DNA from: a virus | Lineage: Duplodnaviria; Caudoviricetes | Strand: one strand, 5' to 3' | DNA length: 64,000 nt | IMG/VR virus record: IMGVR_UViG_3300042013_000067 | Location: 32,001-96,000 of that record | In this document: piece after piece, positions 27,200 through 33,778 of the stretch | How positions within the stretch are numbered: position 1 is the stretch's first letter | How the letters are laid out: each line of letters begins with the position of its first letter | Position numbers and translations under genes: made by a program | The notes under the pieces: generated by a model | Told to the model about the DNA's origin: nothing | What the model saw: the letters and a program-made list of their open reading frames with translations, nothing else | Databases searched by the model: none

Positions 27200-28028
27200 C
27201 TAACATCTCCGCTGGTCTATTGAGAAATTCGTCAATGATCGGCAGTACCCGATCGAGGTCCGTAAGAAGGAACAGGTGTCCATCGTTAAACACGTGAAAC
27301 TCACTGTTCGGTATCTGTAGAGCTAACACCTTCATGTTAGTCAGTGGTATCAACGGATCGTCGTTACCCGCTAACACCAAGGTAGGTTGCTTAAGCTTGT
27401 GCAGCCAAGGCAGACTGGACCACCAGTACACCGCCGCCACCTGATAGTAATAGCCATAACTACTGCGATGGGCATGGTTGGCTTTGTCCTCTGCCATCTT
27501 CTCAGCATGGATAGCAGCCAAGGCTTTGTCATAGCGGAACTTACCCCCGTAGATGGACGGAGCAATACTAGCCGCATACGCAGGGTCAGTATAGCGCCGT
27601 GGACTGGCCATCAGGCACAACACACGCCAACTCGGCATGAAGGAGATAATCCCCGCTGAAGTAGCTGCCAGTATCAACCGGCGGCAACGCTGAGGATAGT
27701 CGTGTGCGAACTGCTGCGCTAGGAAGCCACCCCACGACAGACCGATAACATCTACTTGACCATAATCCAAATGGTCCAGCATTTGGGTGACGATCTTGGT
27801 CAAGCCAGAGAAACGGTAGGGGAGCAGCGGGGTAGATGAACCCCCAACACCTGGAACGTCAAAGGCAATAACTTCCAAATCAGGACGCATTGCTCGGACA
27901 AAAGGTAGCACCAGCTCCAGACTGGCGCCGATACCGTTGAACATCAGAAGCGGGGTTGTCTTTTTAAGGCCAGGGCGTACTGCTACCCTGATGGTCTGCC
28001 CATTAAGATCGATTGTTTTAATATCCAC
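27156..28028 (-). CDS. phaZ: Intracellular mcl-poly(3-hydroxyalkanoate) depolymerase
   Basis: Colinear with Pseudomonas PhaZ: AVRPG..TPLL.FNGIGA.LELV.PF, EVIAFDVPGVGGSSTP..PYRF, lipase box GLSWGG, QQFAHDYP.RC, MASPRRY, LAGNDDPLIP, DGHLFL. Confidence 0.95.
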   Translation of the reverse strand: MDIKTIDLNGQTIRVAVRPGLKKTTPLLMFNGIGASLELVLPFVRAMRPDLEVIAFDVPGVGGSSTPLLPYRFSGLTKIVTQMLDHLDYGQVDVIGLSWGGFLAQQFAHDYPQRCRRLILAATSAGIISFMPSWRVLCLMASPRRYTDPAYAASIAPSIYGGKFRYDKALAAIHAEKMAEDKANHAHRSSYGYYYQVAAVYWWSSLPWLHKLKQPTLVLAGNDDPLIPLTNMKVLALQIPNSEFHVFNDGHLFLLTDLDRVLPIIDEFLNRPAEMLDEHELDAVPLGQAS

Positions 28029-28029
28029 T

Positions 28030-28479
28030 TTATGCCGTATCCTTGACGTCGAACATGCTATACGAGTCGAGCATCAGCGCTGGCTCATTGAGGAGCTCGG
28101 CTAGTGCTCGGGCTTGTGACACCGGTGTAGTTGCAAAACGATCTGAAAGCAGGTTACCTGCCCTCATAGCTATTACCCTTAGCTCTGCGAAGAGAGCTGG
28201 GTTTTCATGCACCCACCGACGCCACAGCTCCTTGTAGGCAGCATATACATCGACCGTAGGGTCGAGTGGTGGTTTTCCCTTACCAATACGCCAGTCATCA
28301 ATGCCAGGAGTACCGTAACCCTTCACGGAAAGCTGGTAGTGCTCCTCAATGGTGAACCCGTCAGAAAGACGGGCTACCATTGCTGAGAACCGACGGTCTC
28401 CTTTCGTGGAGCATTCTAAGCCGCCAAATCGCGACCACTTGAATTGTCCACTGCTGGTTGAGGACTGGCCGCTTGCTTT
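28030..28479 (-). CDS. Conserved phage domain (ECSTKGDRRFSA...TIEEHYQ family, possibly NADAR-like); N-terminal part lacks an in-frame start
   Basis: Frame open from ~28505 with no ATG/GTG/TTG until 28380; the family-like segment KWSRFGGLECSTKGDRRFSA lies upstream of that ATG, partly inside the polymerase 3' end. Confidence 0.65.
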   Translation of the reverse strand, partial: KASGQSSTSSGQFKWSRFGGLECSTKGDRRFSAMVARLSDGFTIEEHYQLSVKGYGTPGIDDWRIGKGKPPLDPTVDVYAAYKELWRRWVHENPALFAELRVIAMRAGNLLSDRFATTPVSQARALAELLNEPALMLDSYSMFDVKDTA

Positions 28480-30380
28480 TTTGCTTTGTGTGCCAAGTAG
28501 GCATCAAGCATGGTATCGAATGCTGGAGCACCCATGAGCTTCTGTGTGATCTCGACCGCGTTCACGCGACCGCCCGTTAAGTTGACCCCGAACTCACGCC
28601 GTACTGCTTCGGTGATCCCCTGAATCTGACAGAACTCCATAACGCAGGTTTCCCGTGCGATGTTGAGGATCTGCGAAACGTTCGGGTAAGTTGACACAAT
28701 GTCCAAGTCGGCTACGTGTGTAAAGATCAGCGTGAGATAATCTCGCATTTCCTCCACACAGTCCATACCCTCTGCCGCCGCCATATACGAAGGCAACGTG
28801 ACGATCCAATCGTCATGGCCAATCACGAACTTATCCAGTTCGGTGGACATCTGATCGGACGCTGTACCAATCACCGACTTGTTCGGACGGTTCAAGTACC
28901 AGAAGTGCATATCGTCGCAAAGACGTTTTGGGTTGGAGTTAAAGTTCTTGAAGTCCGAGTTCTTCGAATACATCGTAATCGACGAAGCCAGATCTTTAGT
29001 CTTCTCGTCCAGTTGCTCCAGGCGAATACTGTCGACGATGTTGTAAACACCGTAGATGATCTTGTGCTTGGTCTGCATCACTTCGTGCCAACGCAGACCG
29101 GTGTGCTGATCGGTTTCCTTGATCTTCAGTTTATCGAAGTCCAACTTCACTTCACAGACGTCACCCACCTTCACCATGTCGTGGTGGAAGTTCTCCACCA
29201 GTTCATCGTTGATGTAGTAGTAGACGAATCCACCCTTGCCACGGACCATGTCATTGGCTTTGTCGATAAATGCTTGGATATCGCCCGGCGCTTTGATCTT
29301 GGCTTCGTACTCGCTATTGAGTTCCTTCTTCAGAATCGCAGACAGGGCATACGACGGATCTTTACCGTTGGCCAGTCGAGTAATGCGATATACAGTCATC
29401 GCATCAATGCACTGGAAGGTCGCTGGATGGGTTACCCAGTTCCACCGGTCTTCCACGTTAATGGACATGACCTTACCAGAAGCCGTGGTCTTCTGTGTGT
29501 TACCCTTACGGTAGTTGAAGTACTTGTATTTCTGCGGTACCGTCGGGTCACTGAACACCGAAGCCAGATCAATACCTTCTTTCTCCAGAGCACGGATGAT
29601 TTTGCTCATGTCGAAGTCCATGTTCCAGAAAGCAAACCAATCTGGCTTCCAGACGTGGAGCATCTCGATACAACGCATGACCACTTGGCCTGGCGTATCA
29701 GCGATCAGAACTTCAATGTTCAGCTTACGTTCATCGATCAGAGACGGAATAAGTCGCTTGGCCTCAGCCAAGGTCTCAGCTACGGGGTCAGCGATATCAC
29801 CGATCCAGCTCTTCAGATAAACTAAGCGGACGTTTTCTTTGTGACTGACCGACATGCAGATAATGTCATCTGTGCCATTGACTACGTCGGTCTCAATGTC
29901 ACCACCACCGACTGTGTTAAAGCTGATGGTTTCTGGATACTTGCTGCGGTACTCAGCCTTGATGCAGCATGCGGAGTTAACGTCAGCACCGTACACGTAC
30001 GGGTTACGTTGGATAACGCGTTGTTGTGGGCGATGGCCTGGGTTAATGTCCAGGACTTTGGCGATGCTCTTAACCAAGTCGAGTTGCGTAGTCTTGAACT
30101 CTTGCAGATTGCTAACGAGTTCGTAGTCTTTCTTCTCTTCGTGGTTACGACGGCCTTTATGGGTAATCCAGAAAGGGCGTTTATAGTTCTCTTCAAACCG
30201 CAGACGGGGAATACGCCGACCGTCATCCAGGTGTACAACTTCCTTTACAATCAACATGTCGCTGAGGCCACGTTCTTGGTCAACGACATAAGTAATATGC
30301 TTTGCTTCAAAGCCTGTAGGTTTTACGATGTTGCTCACGAGATTCCCCTTCAGGTCTGTGTACGTACGATAACGTGGCAA
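28416..30380 (-). CDS. polB: Split family-B DNA polymerase, exonuclease-containing subunit (phiKZ gp82-like)
   Basis: ExoI DIETD, ExoII FWNMDFD, ExoIII YNIVD, polymerase motif A DLDIVSTYPN; motifs B and C absent, as expected for the split chimallivirus polymerase. Confidence 0.88.
   Translation of the reverse strand: MPRYRTYTDLKGNLVSNIVKPTGFEAKHITYVVDQERGLSDMLIVKEVVHLDDGRRIPRLRFEENYKRPFWITHKGRRNHEEKKDYELVSNLQEFKTTQLDLVKSIAKVLDINPGHRPQQRVIQRNPYVYGADVNSACCIKAEYRSKYPETISFNTVGGGDIETDVVNGTDDIICMSVSHKENVRLVYLKSWIGDIADPVAETLAEAKRLIPSLIDERKLNIEVLIADTPGQVVMRCIEMLHVWKPDWFAFWNMDFDMSKIIRALEKEGIDLASVFSDPTVPQKYKYFNYRKGNTQKTTASGKVMSINVEDRWNWVTHPATFQCIDAMTVYRITRLANGKDPSYALSAILKKELNSEYEAKIKAPGDIQAFIDKANDMVRGKGGFVYYYINDELVENFHHDMVKVGDVCEVKLDFDKLKIKETDQHTGLRWHEVMQTKHKIIYGVYNIVDSIRLEQLDEKTKDLASSITMYSKNSDFKNFNSNPKRLCDDMHFWYLNRPNKSVIGTASDQMSTELDKFVIGHDDWIVTLPSYMAAAEGMDCVEEMRDYLTLIFTHVADLDIVSTYPNVSQILNIARETCVMEFCQIQGITEAVRREFGVNLTGGRVNAVEITQKLMGAPAFDTMLDAYLAHKAKKQAASPQPAVDNSSGRDLAA
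28476..28482 (-). promoter_or_regulatory. Candidate -1 frameshift heptamer A-AAA-AAG with downstream stem
   Basis: In-phase GCA AAA AAG in the polymerase frame; GCGGCCA/TGGTCGC and GTCC/GGAC stems begin 3 nt downstream. Confidence 0.6.
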
Positions 30381-30430
30381 AGTATTCTTATGAATATGAT
30401 TACAACGTCCTGCTTAGGATAGGTCTCCCC

Positions 30431-31750
30431 ATGTCAAAAGAAACCGTCTCGCTTGAGCTGTTGAACGCAAAAGCCAAGCGTCCGCTCGGCATTCGTATCG
30501 AAGCGGTGGTTGAAAAGTGGATTGAACGACGTGAGTTCAGCTACTTCTACACCAGCGAACAACTGCTCGAATTGCAAAAGATTGTAAAAGAAGAGATGGG
30601 TGTAAACGTCGAGTTCGAAATCATCGATAACCCGTCGATCAACGCCGCTGTCGGGATCGTACGAATCCCAGGTCATTCGGGCAGCACCTACTGTGGCCCA
30701 GGTACGAAGGCTGTTACGGTGGTCAGTCGTAGCCTGCCACAAGAACTGCGCAAGATTAAGATCGACCTCGATAAGGGTAAGATCACCGGCGCACTGCTGG
30801 ATGACTTCAAGAACAAGGTCACCATCTTCAGCGGTATGATTCAGCATCCGATCGGCATTACCGCCGAAGAAGTTACTGCTGCGATTACCCATGAACTCGG
30901 GCATGTGTGGAACCAGTACTTCACCCTCGGTGATTACGTTTGGTTGAACTATTACCTGCAAGACGGTCTGGAAGTGCTGCAGGGCACTAAGCCCAACATC
31001 TATAAGCTGGAGATCCTTACCGAAGCAGGGCTTGAGAAGTTCTGTAGCGATAAGGAGGCTTTGGCTGAGATGAAGCGGGCACCGACAGCGAAGAACGTTC
31101 GTCGGGTGATCCTGATGGCCTTCCAGAAAGCCCCACGCCATCACCTGACCGCCAGTAACAACAACACCTCGTGGTTACGTGAAGAACAGCTCGCTGATCT
31201 GTTCGCTTCCCGTATGGGCTACGCCCGTGCTTCGGTGACGTTACAGGCGAAGATGGATAAGATCTATGGTAGTCGTTACCTGATCGGTTCTACCGCCTTT
31301 GCATTCATGGAAGTAACCAAGGTAGTGCTTAATACAGCAGCCCTGCTAACGACCGTTGCCGCGATTGCATATCCTCCGATCTTGTTGGTGGCTCTGGCCA
31401 TGCGTATCACCGCCGCTAACATGGGTCCGGATGACGATCCTCTTATCTACGATAACGACATGGAGCGTAACATCAAGTTCCGTCGTGACCTCGTGGCCCA
31501 GCTTAAAGTGTTGGGTAAGGACAAAGGGCTGGAAGAGAAGATCCTAGCCGACATCGCCATGATCGATGAGGTACTGGCGATCTATCGCAAGAACACTACT
31601 GTCTGGGAATCGATACAGATCCTGATCAACCCAGACGTACGGCGTAATCGCCATCAGCGTGCTCGTGAAGAGGACCTGGAAATGTTGCTTAACAACGACC
31701 TGTTCGTTGCTGCGGCTAAATTCAATGCACTGTCGAGGACTTTACCATGA
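30431..31750 (+). CDS. Virion protein with zinc-metallopeptidase motif and hydrophobic hairpin (phiKZ gp84-like position)
   Basis: AAITHELGH (HExxH), downstream EEQLADLFA (M48-like ExxAD), hydrophobic segment near the C-terminus. Confidence 0.7.
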   Translation: MSKETVSLELLNAKAKRPLGIRIEAVVEKWIERREFSYFYTSEQLLELQKIVKEEMGVNVEFEIIDNPSINAAVGIVRIPGHSGSTYCGPGTKAVTVVSRSLPQELRKIKIDLDKGKITGALLDDFKNKVTIFSGMIQHPIGITAEEVTAAITHELGHVWNQYFTLGDYVWLNYYLQDGLEVLQGTKPNIYKLEILTEAGLEKFCSDKEALAEMKRAPTAKNVRRVILMAFQKAPRHHLTASNNNTSWLREEQLADLFASRMGYARASVTLQAKMDKIYGSRYLIGSTAFAFMEVTKVVLNTAALLTTVAAIAYPPILLVALAMRITAANMGPDDDPLIYDNDMERNIKFRRDLVAQLKVLGKDKGLEEKILADIAMIDEVLAIYRKNTTVWESIQILINPDVRRNRHQRAREEDLEMLLNNDLFVAAAKFNALSRTLP

Positions 31751-32190
31751 CCACTGCCCACCAGTTCGCCCAACAACTCAAGGCGATCGAACCGGCCAAC
31801 ACCAATATCCGTCTGGCCCGTAGCCTGACCCTGGTCCATGCTTTCGCCATGGCGGTACCGGTTGGCAACTACACCAACGCCGAACAAGCGGCCGACGCTT
31901 CCAGCGATCTGTTGAAGAAACTGATCAACGACGTCAACGAACACGTCACCCTCGACACCAAGCTGTGCATGGGGTTGCTGCTGCCTACCCTGAAGCTGCG
32001 CTTCGAACTGATGGCCGGGACTACTGACCCAGCCCTGATCAAGATGGTCCTGAACTCCGAAGCTGCGGCTGAACTCAAGGGTCCAGATGACTTGGCCATG
32101 ACCGAGTACCTGACCAGTCGTCCTGGTTATGCCAAAGAACAATTGCTCATCAGTGAATCTGTTCGCGAACTGATCGCGGACAACGCCTGA
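31747..32190 (+). CDS. Probable virion structural protein
   Basis: 147 aa, ATGA overlap with the upstream gene, strong codon bias. Confidence 0.75.
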   Translation: MTTAHQFAQQLKAIEPANTNIRLARSLTLVHAFAMAVPVGNYTNAEQAADASSDLLKKLINDVNEHVTLDTKLCMGLLLPTLKLRFELMAGTTDPALIKMVLNSEAAAELKGPDDLAMTEYLTSRPGYAKEQLLISESVRELIADNA

Positions 32191-32200
32191 GCCTTTGGTG

Positions 32201-32512
32201 ATGAACTCTGAAACGCTCAGCGAGGGTACCTTGGTGTACCCACGCCTCACCGCGGAGTATTTGAAGTCGCTGATCAGTTTTATCCAGTACGACCACGTGC
32301 CTCAAGCACGCACTACTATTTGCACCGTGATGCTGGAGCATGAATTCGCCATTACGGTGTCGGTAGTCTGTCCCAATGCCGATCTGTACGATCAGGCGTC
32401 GGGGGAGAAACATGCACTGAATAAAATGCTGGCAGCGATTCGTGAACGTGAGTACTACGTCTTACGTCGCATGCTCCATCAAGAGAAGTTATCCAAAGCC
32501 GGGGACGTGTGA
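32201..32512 (+). CDS. N4 Gp49 / Sf6 gp66-family protein (candidate nucleotide-signal sponge)
   Basis: PRLTAEYLKSLI...TTICTVML..F.IT...C...D...GEK.A...I...E.Y.L pattern of the Gp49 family. Confidence 0.65.
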   Translation: MNSETLSEGTLVYPRLTAEYLKSLISFIQYDHVPQARTTICTVMLEHEFAITVSVVCPNADLYDQASGEKHALNKMLAAIREREYYVLRRMLHQEKLSKAGDV

Positions 32513-33735
32513 TGGAAGAAGATATCAAGGGTATCGATGAGCTGGAGAAGGCTCTCGAAGAACAGGTCACGGGCGAGATCCCAGAGCCTGAAGTAGATGC
32601 ATTGAAGATGGCATCCGACAGTCTCACCGACTTGGTGCAGATCAAGGACACCATTTTGGCTGAAGGCGTGTCTCAAGAAGACGTGCGTTCGGTGTTCACC
32701 ATTATCAAACGTTTGAACGATGCTGGTATCGAAGTGGGTGTTTCGCCTTCGCTCGAAGATCACGACATCGGTCACTACACAGCCAGTCGTACGATGGTTA
32801 ACGTGCGTATCTCCCAAGAAGGTATTGGCGAGACTATCCTCAGTGTAATTCGCATCGCGCTGGAGAAGCTGGTTGAATTCGTGATTGGTACTGTTCGCTG
32901 GTTCAAACTGTTGTCGGCCAAAGACAAAGCTATCGATGCTGCGTTCGATCGGGCTAAGTCCAAGGCTAAAGACGTACAGGTAGGTATCGCACTGTTCCGT
33001 CGCTACAGCACGGCGGACAACAGTAAGATCGAGGCCGACGCCAAGGACTACGCCAAAGAACTGCTGGTTAACGGTACGTTGCCACGCAACTACCTGACAC
33101 TGGCGGCAATGTTCCACCAACCTTCTGTGGATGAGATCAAGACCATCCATAAGAAGGTTGAACGCGCGTGCATCTACCTGCGTTCTTCGGTCAAGAGTCT
33201 GAAGATCTTCTTGAGCAATCCGACCACCGATCTTAACATCGATGTGACGATGATGGAAGACTTGGCCACGGTACGTGACCAGGTTGGCCTGATGCAACAG
33301 GTTGACCCAGACACCGCGTTCATCAGCATGTTCATCAAACCAGACGTATTCGCTGACAGTACCGTGCGTCGTGAAGCCGAACCTTTGGCTAAATACGAGT
33401 ACATTCTGAAAGCGTACTTCAGTGTGGCCGATGAGCTGCGTTCGATCCGCAAGATCAATCTGGATCAATACGACGAAGAAGGGGTTCGCTTCATTACTGA
33501 AGTGATCGCTGAACTCACCAAAGCGTTTGAAGACCTCGGCACCATCGTGAGCTTCTTCGCTGCGGTTAAAGCAGCCCAGATGTTGGTCTTCAGAGTCCAA
33601 CTCCAGTTCCTGAACCGTTACGCTTCGTTGCTCTACCTGCATGCTCGTGATTCTGCGGTGCATGAAGGTACACGTCTGAAAGTGGAAGGTGTATTCTCCG
33701 ACCTGGAAAAGAAACTTAAGACGTACGGCTTGTAA
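32509..33735 (+). CDS. Virion head protein with acidic propeptide (phiKZ gp86-like position)
   Basis: 408 aa; prohead-protease type S-x-E sites (VSQE, PSLE, ISQE). Confidence 0.75.
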   Translation: MMEEDIKGIDELEKALEEQVTGEIPEPEVDALKMASDSLTDLVQIKDTILAEGVSQEDVRSVFTIIKRLNDAGIEVGVSPSLEDHDIGHYTASRTMVNVRISQEGIGETILSVIRIALEKLVEFVIGTVRWFKLLSAKDKAIDAAFDRAKSKAKDVQVGIALFRRYSTADNSKIEADAKDYAKELLVNGTLPRNYLTLAAMFHQPSVDEIKTIHKKVERACIYLRSSVKSLKIFLSNPTTDLNIDVTMMEDLATVRDQVGLMQQVDPDTAFISMFIKPDVFADSTVRREAEPLAKYEYILKAYFSVADELRSIRKINLDQYDEEGVRFITEVIAELTKAFEDLGTIVSFFAAVKAAQMLVFRVQLQFLNRYASLLYLHARDSAVHEGTRLKVEGVFSDLEKKLKTYGL

Positions 33736-33740
33736 GGCGA

Positions 33741-33773
33741 CATAGAGCCCTCCCTTGACGGGGAGGGCCTTAT
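33741..33773. terminator. Bidirectional CATA-family terminator
   Basis: GCCCTCCC-TTGAC-GGGAGGGC then CTTATG, at a convergent junction. Confidence 0.8.
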
Positions 33774-33778
33774 GCCGT

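Noticed and set aside
28416-30380. Truncated DNA polymerase as a pseudogene
   Set aside because: Chimalliviruses encode family-B polymerase as two separate genes; the missing motifs B and C are expected elsewhere in the genome
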